Counted from the whole stretch's first letter, positions 39,262-53,341 are shown. The stretch is 63,177 nt of DNA, filler included, from Chiloscyllium plagiosum (GCF_004010195.1; 4 parts of one record of this genome joined end to end with filler, not necessarily neighbours in it); one strand, 5' to 3'. Made by a program: numbers and translations. Notes: generated from the letters alone by a model not told the origin.

Positions 39262-41190
39262 TAGACCATAAAATACAAGAGTAGAATTAGGGCTATTTGG
39301 CCCATCGAGTCTGCTCTGCCATTTGATTGTGGTCGATATGTCGTTCAAATCCATTGTCCTGCCTTCTCTCTATAACCTTTGATCCCCTTGCTAATCAATA
39401 ACCTATCTCTGTCTTAAATACACTCATTGACTTGGCCTCCACAGCCTTTCTGGCAATGAATTTCACAAATGAACCATCCTCTGGCTAACGAAATTCCTCC
39501 TTACCTTGGTTCTAAAGGGTTGTCTGTTCACTCTGAGGCTGTGCCCTTGGACCTAGTCTCTCCTATAGTGGAAACATCTTCTCTACGTCTTACCTAGGCC
39601 TCTCAGTTCTGTAAGTTTCAATCAGATTCCCTCTCACCATTCTAAACTCCACCAAGTACAAACCAAGAGTCCTCAACCACTTCTCATATAACAAGACTCT
39701 TATATCCAGCTGGGATCATTCTTGTAAATGTCCTCTGGACTCCTTCCAACATCAATGTATCCTTCCTTATGTATGGAGCCAAAACTACTCACAATGGTCC
39801 AAATGCAAGCTGACCAGAATCTTATATAGTCTCAGCAGGACATCTCTGCTCTTATATTCTAGCCCACTCAAAATGAATGCAAACATTGTATTTGCCTTGC
39901 TATCTGCCCATTGTACCTGCATGTTAACTTTAAGAGAATCCTTAACTAAGACATCTCAGACGCTTTGTGCTTCAGATTTCCAAACCTTTCTTTATTCAGA
40001 AAACAGTCTATGCTTCTATTCTTCCCACCAAAGTGCATAATCTCACATTTTCCCATAGTGTATTCCATCTGTGATTCCTTCACTCACTCTCCAAGTCCTT
40101 CTGCAGTCTCTCCACCTTCTCAACACTACCTGTTCTTCAACCTATCTTTGTGTCAGCTACAAACTTAGCAACAATGCCCTTGTTTCCATTGTCCAGATCA
40201 CTAATGGAAAATGTGAATAGTTGTGATCCCAACAGTGACCCTGTGGAACCACTGTCATCAGCTAACATCCTGACACTTTATTCCTACTCTCTGCCTTTTG
40301 CCAGTTAGTCAAATCTTTATCCATGCAGGTATCTTACCCCTAACACCATGGGCTCTTTTCTTATTTAGCAGCTCCCTGTATGGCACCTCATCAAAGGCCT
40401 TCTGGAAATTCAAATAGATCTCATCCAACAGCTCTCCTTTGTCTAACTTGATTGTTATCTCCTCAAAACATTCTAATAGATTTATCAGGAATGACCTCCC
40501 TTGATGAAGCCATGCTGACTCAACACTATTTTACTACCCATCTCCAAGTACTTCACAACTCTACCCTTAATAATGGACTCTAAGTCTTATCAACAACTTC
40601 CTGCCTCTTGCCTTCTTCCCTTCTTAAGCAGGGATGTTACATTAGACACTTTCCAGTCCTCCAATGATTCTTGGAAGATTACCACAGATGATCCACAATC
40701 TCCTCAGTTATCTTTTTTAGAACTCTGAGTGTACTCCATCAGGTCTGGATCATTTCTCCACCTTCAGACTTTTCAGCTTCCCCAATACCTTCTCCCTAGT
40801 GATGGCCACTATACTCATCTCTGCCCCGGCTCTCTTGAAGTTCTGGTATGCTGCTGGTGTCTTCCACTCTGAAGACTGATGCAAAATACCAATTCTGTTC
40901 TTTCACCATTTCTTTGTTCTTCCATTACTACTTCTCTGGCCTAATTTTCCATCAGTCCCATGTGCATACCTAAAAGATGTCTTGCAATCTTCTTTTATAT
41001 TACTAACTAGCTTACCTCATGTTTCATCCTATTCTCCTTACTGTTTTTTAAGTTATTCCCTGCTGATTTTTAAAGGTTTCCCAAACTTCTGGCTTCCCAC
41101 TAATCTTCACTACATTGCATCTTTTCTCTTTTGCCTGTATACTGTCTCTGACTTCCTGGTCAGCCATGGTTGCCTCGTCCTCCCTTTAGC
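39262..41190 (-). mobile_element. Decayed CR1 ORF2
   Basis: Similar to 7795-9060 along its length. Confidence 0.8.
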
Positions 41191-41214
41191 AGCTGTGCCA
41201 GACAATATCTTAGA

Positions 41215-41441
41215 ATTTTAGAATCCCTTCAGGCCATCAAGTAAACACTGACTCTCCGAAGAGTATCCCACCCATACCCATTCTCCATTACTCTACATTT
41301 ACCCCTGACTAATGGACCTAATCTACACATCCCTGAACACTATGGGCAATTTAGCGTGGCCAATTCACCTAACTTGCACATCTTCGGATTGTGGGAGGAA
41401 ACCGAAGGGTCCCGGAAGAAACTTACACAGACACAGGGAGA
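41215..41441 (-). mobile_element. HE1 SINE 3' half
   Basis: gggcaatttagcgtggccaattcacctaac...gtgggaggaaacc. Confidence 0.8.
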
Positions 41442-42241
41442 AAAAAACTGTAAAATAGGGTCTTGTAATTAAAGCCTTCAACTTGTATTTTAATTTTATA
41501 CAGAAACCCTATTGTAGACTAGGAAAGGTTTAAGCTATGCAAGCAAGGGATAAGGAAACTATTGACTCCTTCATAAACAATATACAGTATATTGCTTCAC
41601 AGATAATATGGAAATCTTAAAGAAGAGTTAAATTGGGGCACTGTGTAGTGGCAGTACAAGATGAAGCTCTGTCAAAGTTTTTACAGAATAAGGATGACCT
41701 CATATTACAAACAGCAGTGTAGTACACCAGACAGGCTGAACTTCACAATGAAAACAGGCTTTTAATCCATGAAAAAAAAGCAATGTTCCTGGAGTCAGAC
41801 TGCTAACTCCGATTGAGTCCAGTTTATTAATCAAATGCCTCTCAACAGGTTGGTGAGACAGCAACTATAGTGAGAAAATGGCACTGTGCTCACCATTGGT
41901 TTACATTGTGCAAGGAAAATTCTACATTGGTGATAGTTTTGCAAGGCAGAATGTCATACAACCCATAATATAGGCCTTTTCAAATAGTTTCCAAAGCAGC
42001 AATAAAATATATCAATATACCTTATGAAAATATAAAGTTAGACCACTTTAATCTCCAGCAGTACAAGAAGTAGATGCCACTAAGGATCAAGGTCAAACAA
42101 AAGGAGTTAAATACTCATGGTTAAATAATGATCTTAAAGAGGAGTACAGTAAAAGAATTTGGGGGAGTAAATACAGAGTAAGTTGAATTATGCTTTTACT
42201 CTATGTATGGCTGTTAGCATGCATGAAAGCACCTGCACCAT

Positions 42242-42890
42242 TGCCACAAAGCTAGCCCTTTAATTTCTAAAAGCTGTTCCTTGGATCAAGGATACTCTGT
42301 CTTTGATTTTTTTCAGAGGGGTAATAAACCTGGCCAGGTTCCGATTAGACTGGTTTGGTGCCGAGATGAAAAGGATTTTGAGAGGCCTTTTGTTTATATG
42401 TAAACAGATGAGACTTCAGGCCAAGGTGATCATGTTTTAGAAGTGATCGGTAGAACGAAAGGGGAGTGGTCAGCTCTCTCACTGAGTAGTTTAGTTCAGT
42501 CCAGAACTGGTTGGGAGTTCAACAGTGAGCTGTGTGGAAACAAACTGTCTCTCTCTCTCTGACCATCTAACTACAACCTGTAAGCATCTGTTCCATTCAC
42601 TTATATTGGTTTCTAAGGAGGTTTGCTTATTGGGGCTGTTGTGTATATTCGGAACAACATAATTAAGTCTAGTTTGGATAGACTGAGTTCTGTAGGGGTT
42701 CTTTATTCTGTTCTTTGTGTTTCATTGTGCAATTTTGTGAATAAACTTTTGTTTGTTTTTAACCTGGTAGTCAACCTCACTAACTTAATCCGGATAATTT
42801 TCACAATACACTTACCAAAACAAATTGCAAAGTTATGGTCTGGGCTGCCTGCTTAAGAATGTTTTGAGTGGTCTGTCCTAGTCCACAACA
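42242..42890 (+). mobile_element. Solo LTR (649 bp), probably Gypsy-type
   Basis: TG...CA ends, CCAT duplicated at 42238-42241 and 42891-42894, and AATAAA at about 42740. Confidence 0.65.
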
Positions 42891-44064
42891 CCATAAATGA
42901 TGTCAGATCACATGGAACTCAACCTCAAGTCTGTATAACTCCAAAAAACAAGTCCTTTCTTATCAACAATATCCATTAATGTTCAATCACATAAGTGTCA
43001 ATCTCACATTATGGCATACATGTTAGGCAAACTCAGCCACTCATTGTATTGCCTAATAAGATGGCTGCAACTCTCTGCTACTTCTCTTCAGTTCTCCCTC
43101 CATGATCTCAGATGAAGTAGAGGCTCACCTCTGTTATAGCTGAGATAGACCAAGTAGTCATCCTCATTATTGACCTGCAGAGGCTACCGCCCAGATGCCA
43201 TTCTAGGGACACAGTCTCCATTACTCAGCATTACTGCACAGGAATTAGTAAGATGGACCAAAGAAGCCGATGATGTTCCTGGTGTCCTGTGAGAGGTGGC
43301 ATCATTATCCTCTTCAGTGTCTGCCTCAGCCCTTAGCTAGCACTCTGGATGGCAGGAGGGATCACCTGATCAAACTAGATCAAAACTGGCATCCATTTAA
43401 ACTATTTCTGCATCACTAGTATCATTGACTATGCTGCACAGTGTGATATACAAAAGTCCCAAATAGTTCCCTTGAGGTTGGCCATGCTTTCTCAATGCAG
43501 AAGTGCACAGTACCTGAATGGATTTCTCCATTCTCACCCCATGACCATGAACTACTTCTGGTAATTCCAGCATGTGAGAGTACAGCTGTACTCCTTGTCT
43601 AAGTAGAGCTTTCTTCCTTGCAATTCTCGAGGCCTGTATGTGTGCCCAGCCATACTGTGATTGTTGTCCTTTACCTTTTAAGAGGGGCTGCCCACAATTG
43701 ACCCACTGGAACTCAGTCAGGAGCTAGATATGGTATGGAATTTAGTGGAGGGCAAGAAAGTCTCAGACTGAAAAAATAGATTAAACTGTAAGATGGAGAA
43801 ACAGCGACAGATATTTCATAACTGCCAAAAAAAAATTCCTTTGAGAAAGAAAGACTATGAGAAAGATGTACTGGCCAAGGATGATCAGGATGTTATCCAA
43901 ATGTAGAAAGGATGTAAAGAGCTGTAAAGATAAGTAGGAGCAAATAAGATTGCAAATAAGTTGTTAGAAACCAAAGCAAGAGTAAAAAATGAGAAAGTGG
44001 AGTATGAGGAAAAAGCTAGCAAGAAAAATAAAAACAGAACATAAATATTTATGTCAAAAACATT

Positions 44065-45065
44065 GGAAGGGAGAAGGTTGAGATTCTGAAGGGAGATTAC
44101 AGAGAGTTAGGCAGAAATTTAAAAAGGAGGTCCTCAAGGGTAGTAATATCTGGATTACTCCCAGTGCTACGAGCTAGTGAGAGCAGAAATATGAGGATAG
44201 AGCAGATGAATGCATGGCTGAGGAGCTGGTGTATGGGAGAAGGTTTCACATTTTTGGATCATTGGATTCTCTTTTGGGCTGGAAGTGACCTGCACAAGAA
44301 GGACAGATTACACCTAAATTGGGAGGGGACTAATATACTGGCAGGGAAATTTGCTAGAACTGCTTGGGAGGATTTAAACTAATAAGGTGGGGAGGTGCGA
44401 CCCAGCGAGATAGTGAGGAAAGAAATCGATCTGAGACGGGTACAGCTGAGAGCAGAAGTGAGTCAAACAGTCAGGGCAGGCAGGGACAAGGTAGGACTAA
44501 TAAATTAAACCGCATCTATTTCAATGCAGGGGTCCTAACAGGGAAGGCAGATGAACGCAGGGCATGGTTAGGAACAAGGGACTGGGATATCATAGCAATT
44601 ACGGAAACATGGCTCAGGGATGGGCAGGACTGGCAGCTTATTGTTCCAGGATACAAATGCTACAGGAAGGAGAGAAAGGGAGGCAAAAGAGGAGGGGTAG
44701 TGGCATTTTTGATAAGGGATAGTATTACAGCTGTGCTGAGGGAGGATATTCCCGGAAATACATCCAGGGAGGTTATTTGGGTGGAACTGAGAAATAAGAA
44801 AGGGATGATCACCTTATTGGAATTGTATTATATCCCCAATAGTCTGAGGGAAATTGAGAAACAAACTTGTAAGGAGATCTCAGCTACCTGTAAGGGGATT
44901 TTAACTTTCCAAACATCGACTGGGACTGCCATAGGGTTAAAGGTTTAGATGTAGAGGAATTTCTTAAGTGTGTACAAGACAATTTTCTGATTCAGTATGT
45001 GGATGTACCTACTGGAGAAGGTGCAAAACTTGACCTACTCTTGGGAAATAAGGCAGAGCAGGTGA
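44065..45065 (+). mobile_element. CR1/HER1 ORF1 (SGNH esterase end) and ORF2 APE start
   Basis: MNAWLRSWC..DRLHLNWEGTNILA and WDIIAITETWL. Confidence 0.92.
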
Positions 45066-45165
45066 NNNNNNNNNNNNNNNNNNNNNNNNNNNNNNNNNNN
45101 NNNNNNNNNTTAATTAATTAANNNNNNNNNNNNNNNNNNNNNNNNNNNNNNNNNNNNNNNNNNNN
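45066..45165. other. Artificial contig linker
   Basis: N44-TTAATTAATTAA-N44. Confidence 0.95.
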
Positions 45166-45985
45166 TCCTCAGTGAGGGGAAGGTCTGGAGGGATGGTGAA
45201 AACTCGGCAGGGCTGGGAGCTGGTGTGGGTGTGGAGCTGGGAGTGGGGGTAGAGCCAGTAACTGGAGTCGATGTGGTGGTGGAGGGAATGGGGGTGGAGT
45301 CATGAGCAGGGGTGGTGCTCCCCTCAGGGTTCTGGGGGCTGGGAATGGTGACAGTGGGATATGTGGGGGGGCGTGTCAGCAGAATGCAGGTGAGTGGCGT
45401 TGGTAGGGGCGGAAGTGGTAGCAACATGAATTTGACTGGGACAACACTACTATTATAGTGGCGGAAGTCATAAGCATGTGACATCAGTAATGATGTGAAG
45501 GGCGGAAGTGGTTGTGGGAGTGGCCATGATGGGGGCGGAAGTGACATCATTGATCAGCATGGGATTGGCAGCTGCTCCAGCCACATGGCTAATGGAGTCC
45601 AAGCAGTTCCAGAGGCTGGGGGAAACTTCTGGAATGTTTGAGGAGCACTGGTTATGGAGGTGGGTAGATAAAAGTTTGTTGTACTTACAGTTTTTGATGT
45701 TTGAGATGGAGTTGAAATACTGTTTGTTGAGAGTATGAAATCTCCTGAGGATGTAGTAGAGAGTGGGTCCTTTGCGATTCTGAGAGAGTGTGGCCCTCAG
45801 CTGAGGCAGGGCTGACTGTAGGGAGGTTAGGTGCCAATGTATTGCTGCAAGCGTGGAGCAGAGGATCTTGAAGGAGAACCGTTGCTGCTGTTTTTGAATC
45901 TGTAGTCTGTACTGTTTGTCCTGTTCGGGTCCGAACTCTGCTGGTTTAAAGGTGGTCCAGAGTCCATGTGGGATGAGTTGGTTAC
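45166..45985 (-). mobile_element. Probable PLE ORF N-terminal region with Pro/Thr-rich linker
   Basis: NQLIPHGL..CKYNKL, then a TP-rich tract ending CRVFTIPPDLPLTE in a shifted frame. This is the usual lead-in to a PLE RT. Confidence 0.6.
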
Positions 45986-46350
45986 GCACTTCCTCCAGAC
46001 CAAAGGGGTAGCCATGGGCACATGTATGGGCCCCAGCTATGCCTGTCTCTTTGTTGGCTACATAGAACAGTTGATCTTCCGTAATTACACCAGCACCACT
46101 CCCCACCTCTTCCTCCGCGACATTGATGACTGCATTGGTGCCACCTCATGCTCCCGCGAGGAGGTTGAGCAATTCATCAACTTCACCAACACATTCCACC
46201 CTGACCTTAAATTTACCTGGACCATCTCTGACACCTCCCTCCCCTTCCTGGACCCCTCCATCTCCATTAATGACGACCGACTTGACACTGACATTTTTTA
46301 CAAACCCACCGACTCCCACAACTACCTGGGTTACACCTCTTCCCACTCCA
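45986..46350 (+). mobile_element. Penelope-like reverse transcriptase core fragment
   Basis: QTKGVAMGT.MGPSYACLF, LRDIDD, LKFT, LPFLD, YKPTDSH.YL...SSH. Confidence 0.92.
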
Positions 46351-46424
46351 TGTCTAATGGTGGGCCTGAAATCAATGTCAACAGTATCCTTATATATAAT
46401 CCTTCCTCTCACCTCCACTTAGAT

Positions 46425-47660
46425 TATAAGTCCATAAATGTAGAAGCAGAATTAGGCCATTCAGCCCATCAAGTCTTCTATGCCATTCGATCATGGTTGA
46501 TATGCTTCTGGCCCCTTTCTCCTGCCTTCTTCCCATACCAATCAAGAATTTATCTCTCATTGTCTTAAATACACTCGATGACTTGACCTCCATAGTCCTC
46601 AATGGCAACAAATTTCACAGGTTCACTACCCTCTGGTCAAAGAAACTTCTCCTTATCACACTTCTAAAGGGTCTTCCCTTCATTCTGAGGTTGTGCTCTC
46701 AGGTCTCAGTCTGTCTTCCTGTTGGAAACATCTTCTCCATATCTATACTATTGGAGCATCTCAGTATTCTGTAAGTTTCAATGAAATTTCCACTCATCCT
46801 TCTAATCTCCATTGCTGAGAGAGGAAAGATATAAAAGAGAACTATGGGGCAACTTTTTCACACAGACGGTGATATGTGTATGGAATGAGCTGCCAGAGGA
46901 AGTGGTGGAGGATGGTACAATGGCAACATTTAAGAGGCATTTGGATGGGTATATGAATAGGAAGGGTTTGGAGGGATATGGATCGGTGCTGTCAGGTGGG
47001 ACTAGATTGGGTAGGGATATCTAGTCGGCATGGACAGGTTGGACCGAAGGGTCTGTTTCCATGCTGTACATCTCTATGACTCTATGAGCACAGACCCAGA
47101 GTCCTCAACTGCTCCTCGTATGACAAGCCCCTCATCCTCTGGATCATTCTTGTAAAGCTCCTCTGGACCCCCTCAAATGCCATACACATCCTTCAGTAGA
47201 TATAGCGCCCAAAACTGCCTTCAATATTCCGAATGCAGTTTGACCAGAACCGTATACAGCTTCAGCAGTATGTCTCTGTTCTTGTGGAAATGAATGCTAA
47301 TATTACATTTGCTGTCCTAACTGCCAACTAAACCTGCAGGTTAACCTTAAGACAACATGGACCAGGACTCCCAAATCCCTTCATGCTTCAGATTTCCAAA
47401 ACCTTTCCCCATTTAGAAAATAATCTACATCTCTATTCTTCCTTCCAAAGTACATAACCTCACACGTCCCCACATTGTATACCATCTGGAACTACTTTAC
47501 CCACTCTCCCAAACCATCCAAATCCTTCTGCAGCATCTCCATTTCCTCAACACTACTTGTCCATCCACCTATTTTTGTGTCAACTGGAAGCTTAGCAGCA
47601 ACGCCCTCAGTTTCTTTATCCAGTTCATTAATCTATTATGTGAATAGTTGTGGGCCCAGC
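46425..47660 (-). mobile_element. Decayed CR1 with a nested opposite-strand CR1 3' end (46813-47086)
   Basis: CR1 tails on both strands; FFTQ..VWNELPEEVV. Confidence 0.85.
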
Positions 47661-48379
47661 ACGGGACACGGTTACAAGAAAACTCTGATGGGTGTACACA
47701 CCAAAACACTTTGTCTGCAGGCTTCCCAATGCACCATGTCAATGAGCTTAGAGGAGGCATGCACCAAGTTGACATAAAATTTTGTGTGGCGCTTGAAATA
47801 ACCAGGCAGCCAACTCCACCTTAGGGATTGAACAGGATGACCAATACCTCAGTTTCGATTAAAGCACAAAGAGGTTGCATCAAAGGTCTGAGTTCAGAAT
47901 AAATTCATTCCAGGTCAGCTTGTTGCCATGCATGATCAGATTGCTCCCATCATGGCTTTGGATGCTTGTGTTAAAAGGCACTTGCATGGCATCCCAGCTG
48001 TTTAACAATCTGCTTTCCAGCACAGTACTAGGATTGTTGAGATATGAAGGAATTGATTAAATTCCATGGAACACAACCTACTGTCCTTTTGAAAGATGGC
48101 AGCATCTATCCTCCCGTGCTGTCACTCCACCTCTACCCTTTGCTGTTATCTCAGCCATGTAGCCTAGACTGCCACTTTGCACACTTAGAACATAGAAAAG
48201 TACAGCACAGAACAGGCCCTTAGGCCCGTGATGTTGTGCCGAGACTTAATCCTAATGTAAAATATAGTAACTTAACCTATGCACCCTTCAACTCACTGCT
48301 ATCCATGTGCAATGATGGTTTAGCCTGAAGCAGAGCCTTGTAACAAAACCGAAATCAAGCTGAACAAAACTACTGGAAT

Positions 48380-49553
48380 TTTCTGAGAATGTAACTTGTA
48401 GAGTTGATCGGGGAGGCGGGGGGGGGAGTCAGTGATGTGGTTTAGCTGGACTTTCAGAAGGTTTTCAAAGTCCCATACGAGAGATTAATGTGTAAAACTG
48501 AAGGGCATGGGATTTGGGGTGACGTATGGATGCACAGGTTGTTCTGCTATAACACGAGTTCGTTAACGTAAATGTGTTATAATAGGATTGACGAATTGGG
48601 GACACTGTTTTCATGATGCAAACTTTTAAAGTGTGTATTGGTTGTAATGCGATTCTGGCCCCATTAATGTAAATGGTGCTGCTAAGACATGATTTTCGTA
48701 TAAAACAGGGTTGCATGAGAATGGAACTATCGTGTCATAGCAGGAACTGACTGTAGGTAGAAAACTGGTTACGAGACAGAGGACGAAGAGTCAGAATAAA
48801 TGGGACTTCTTATGAATGCCAGGCAGTGACTTGTTGGGTAGAGTCGGGCTAGGTACTAGGATGCCTACCAATTCTAGGACCTCAGCTATTCACATATATA
48901 TTCATGATTGTAGTACTAAATGTAGTACCTCAAAATTTGCAGGTGACACAAAGCTAGGTGAGAGGGTAAGCTGTGAGGAGGATACAGAGATGTTGCAGTG
49001 TGATTTTGACAGACCGAGTGAGTGTGCAAATGCATGGCAGATGGAGTATAATGTGGATAAATGTGAGGTAATCCACTTTGGTAGCAAAATTATGAAGGCA
49101 GGTTATTATTAGAATGACTGTAAATCGCAAGAGGGAAATGTTCAAATTGATTCCTGGGAAGGCAACACTGACCTGTGAGGAGACATTTGACCAGTTAGGA
49201 TTCTATTCACTAGAGTTTAGAACATTGTGGGGAGGGATCTCATAAAAACCTATAAAAATCTAACAGGATGGTGGGGGAGTTAGAACTGGAGTTAGAACTG
49301 AGATAAGGAGACATTTCTTCACCAAGTGGTGAGTCTGTGGAATTCACTACCACAGAATGTGGTTGAAGCCAAAATGTTGTGTTATCGAGAAGGAGGAAGA
49401 TATAGCTCTTGTGGTTAAAGGAATCAACTGATATGGAGGGAGGGTAGGATTAGAGTTCTGAGCTGGATGATCAGCCATGATTATACTGAATGGCGGGGCA
49501 GGCTCGAGGGGTCGAATGGCCTATTCCAGCTCCCAACATCTATATTTCTATGT
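48380..49553 (+). mobile_element. Decayed CR1 RT
   Basis: SKFAGDTKLG..WQMEYNVDKCEVIHFG. Confidence 0.85.
48535..48753. mobile_element. Tigger-like MITE inside CR1
   Basis: Imperfect TIRs caggttgttctgctataacacga / tcgtgtcatagcaggaactgactg, with TA on the right side. Confidence 0.65.
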
Positions 49554-50389
49554 AACACAAGGACTGTTTAATGTTGTCCAATAAAGCCATTTACAGTCTC
49601 CCCAACTGAAAGCAGTCTTCCACCATTCTTGCAGGAGCCAATGGGGTAACTCTACGTAATAACATTAGGACAGGGAAAGGTGTAGAAAAGACAGGCACTA
49701 TAGAAATTCCCAAGAGTGATCAGTTAATATTTCTAGGCAATATGGCATGATTTCACTGCTAGATTTGGTTTGAACTGTTTAATAGATGTTGGCTATTCGT
49801 TTTGCATTGTGGCCAAATGGATAATGTGATGGACAGTGAGAGAGAAGGTGAAGTGTGCAATACTGTTGTATAGGGAATTGGGGTTGAGGTGATTGGTATT
49901 GCATTTGAAGTATTTCTTCAAGGTATGTTGAAAGGTATATGATTTGTATCACATTATTTGTTTAAGAGTTTAGATTTCAAACTCTTGGCCTATTGCTGTT
50001 GCTCTGTTTCTGTGGTTTGAAGACTCATTAAGTCAGTCTCTCCAGAAATTGGACTTAAAAACAGTATGCTTCAGAGAGCAGGTGAATTCAAAGATTCCTG
50101 AAGCTTAAATGGAAATTTGTTGATAATGTGATGGCTTAAGGAGGAAAAAGAGAAAATATTAAGACCTTGCTGTAGCAGAATCTAGGATGAGCAATTTGTT
50201 TTAGTTTAATTATAGTTTAATCTCGTGTTCAGTTTAAAGGAGGACTTGATTGGAGTCAAAAACAAATATGGAAAAGGAGAATGTTTAAAACAGCTACCTC
50301 AACAAAAGAGTACAGAATCTGTACCGCATGCAAATAGGCCATTTGGCCCAACAGGTCCACACTGACCCTCCAAAGGGTAACCTACCGTG

Positions 50390-52500
50390 TGACTAGGCTA
50401 TTTGCCTCATCAAGCTTGGTCTGCCATTTGAAAAGGTCATAGTGACTTGATTGTGATCTTAACTCCACTTTTCTGCCTGTTTAACAGAATTCTTTATTCC
50501 TGATCAAAAGCCTGTCCAATACATTCCTGAAAAATTAAATGGCCCAAGCTCCACTGCTCTCTGTGGAAGAAAATTCTGAAGAATAACAGCCGTATTCTTC
50601 CCATATCTGTGCTAAATGCCCTTTAGGTCAATGTGTCCCCATGAATGGAAACATGCTCCTAGCATTCATTGTGTCAGCCCCCTCTGAAATTATATCTTTC
50701 AGCAAGAAACTCCTCTCATTCATCCAAACTCCAATCACCATAGGCCAACACACTGAAGCTTTTGTCACAAGACAATCCCTCAATCTCAGAAATCAGATTA
50801 GTTAACCTTCATTAAACAATTCCAATGGAAAGGTATCCCTCCCTACATAAGGAAATTGTACACCATATTCCATGCATTGTCTCACCACTACCCTGTACAC
50901 GTGCAGCAATTTCCCATTTCTTATATATTACATCCCCCTTGCAATAAAGTCCAACATTCCACTTGCCTGCCTTGTTGTTTTTGCCAGCTAACCTTTTTGA
51001 TTCATTGTACACCCAGATGCCTCTACACTGCAGTTTCTATCCATAATAATAATTTAAATAATATTCTGCTTTTCTATTGTTCTGCCAATGCAACTATCCA
51101 GCTTTATACTCTATCTTAACCATTTTCTTAACCAATCTATATCCTATTGTAGGCTCCATATCATTTCAGATCTTGTAAACCTCCTTTTCTTTGTAGCATC
51201 CGTAAATTAGGCTGGAATATAGTTTGTTCTTTCATCCAATGCATTAATACAGATCACAAATAGTTCAGCTCCAAGTACTCTACAAATTTCAGTTTGACAT
51301 GAAAATTACTCATTTATTTCAACTCTCTATTGCTTGGTAGTTAGCTAATACTCAACCTGTACTAACATTTCAGCCATAGCACCATAATGTCATGTTATGC
51401 ACAGTGCCCTATACAGTGTCACCTTATCAAATCACTCTTGAAAGCTCAAATACACTGCACCTGCAGGTTCTATTTTATCTATCCTGGCTGGTACATCCTC
51501 AATGGAATCTATCAAATTTTCAAACAGAATTTCCCTTTCACAAAACCATGTTGACTCTGTTTGTTTGTAGTCTGACTTGTTTTCACCAGTCTGAATTCTT
51601 GTTTTCGTCAATGATAGATGTTAAATAAAGTGGCCTGTAGTTTTCTGATTTCTGTCTCTCTCCTTTTTTTGAGTAACAGTTTCATATTAGTAATTTTCCA
51701 ATCTGCTGGGATTCTTCCAGAACTTTGAAAGCTTACAACTAGTGCAGTCACAATCTTTGCAGCCATTTTCTTTAAGATGCTAGGATGCAGATCATCAAGT
51801 TCAGGGCTCTTGTCAGCCTTTAGTCCCATTAGTTTTCCTGATTTTTTTTTTTTCTCTAATTACTCTAATTGTTCCAATTTCCTCCAAGCTTTTTGCTTCT
51901 TGAGTTTGTATTATTCCTGAGATGTCTTCTACTGCGAGGCCAGATACAAATGCACTTCTTCATGGTCTTGCCATTTCCTCATTTCCCATTATTGACTCCC
52001 AAGTTTCATCCCCTAAGGGACCAATTCATATTTTAGCTACTCTTGGTTTTTTATAGAAACTTTTACTGTTTGTTTTATATTTCCTGCTGGTTTTCTCTCA
52101 TATTCCAATTACTTCTTTTATTTTCTTTGCTTTCTTTTTATGCTGATTTCTGAAATATCCATAATCTCTGGGCAACCATGAATCTTTGTAATGCTGTATA
52201 ACTTTTCTTTCAGTTTAATACTTCCCTTAAATTCCTTAGTTAACCAGAACTGGCACATCTTCTCAATCAATGGAATATTTCTTTGTTGATGGTTATGAAA
52301 TATCTCCTTAACTGTCTCCCATTGCTTTTCTATTGTTTTGACTTGTAACTTCTTCATTCAACCTATGAAACCTTTGTCTTCATACCCTTATAATTGCCTT
52401 TAGTTAGGTTTAAAACAATTATCTCAGACCTAAAGTTTTCACTTTAAAGTAAATCCATCACATTATGATCACTCTTACCTCGCGGGTTTTTCACTATGAA
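50390..52500 (-). mobile_element. Old CR1 ORF2
   Basis: LKADKSPELDDLHPSILK..IPADWKITN. Confidence 0.8.
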
Positions 52501-53341
52501 GCTCCTTTTTTTTTAAATGAATCCTGCCTCATTGCATCATTTTACCTGGCGGATTCCCAAGTTAGCAATCATACCGCATTACACTCAGGCCTCAAGTGCA
52601 AGTTTGGTTTCCATCCCAATTATTCCTATTTTTAGGAACTGTGGGTATTTGCAGTCTATTTGGCTCCACCCATGATTTCAGGATCCCAAACATCACTTTT
52701 ATTTCCCTGGAAAAAAATACAGGGTTTTGTAATTTAAACTCAAGCTGTGGCCAGTTATTATAACCTGCTCATCCTAAAATGCTCTTTACCTTGTCATAAC
52801 AGACAACCCACCACAGTCAAAAGAAGAAGACTAACCAAAAACAAGATTAATCTTTGTTAAGAGCTATATTGCTATAGTGGCACTCTGTTAATTATTGCTC
52901 CATTCTCATAAATTTCTGAAAAATCATTCTCTCTAATTCAAGGAGGAGATCCATGGTATTGTTCTCCATTGCAACCAGCAGGCAGACAAACAATTCCTCC
53001 CCATCTCTATTTCCAAATGATCAAGTGAACCGGCTTTTTCCAATGAATTTCACAGAGCAAATTGAGAGCACTATAGGAGCAGAAGACCAATCGGCAACCA
53101 GTTCAGTTAAATCATGGCTGATCTGTATCATAACTCCATTTACCTGCCTCAGTTTCACATCCTTCAGTACCTTTTACCGAACGAAACGTTACTAATCTCA
53201 ATTCAGAAATTTTCCATTGATATACAAACCTGAATCCACCAAAATCTGGAATTTTAAAAAACCCATCTGGTTTGATCAAGTTGAAGGATACGGGACAAAC
53301 CACGTAGGACTGAGATGAGGAGAAATTTCTTCACTCTGAGA

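Noticed and set aside
43200..43700. Faint Harbinger-like similarity; faint Gypsy gag-like similarity at about 21550-22380 and 49980-50300
   Set aside because: Too decayed to support without a profile search.
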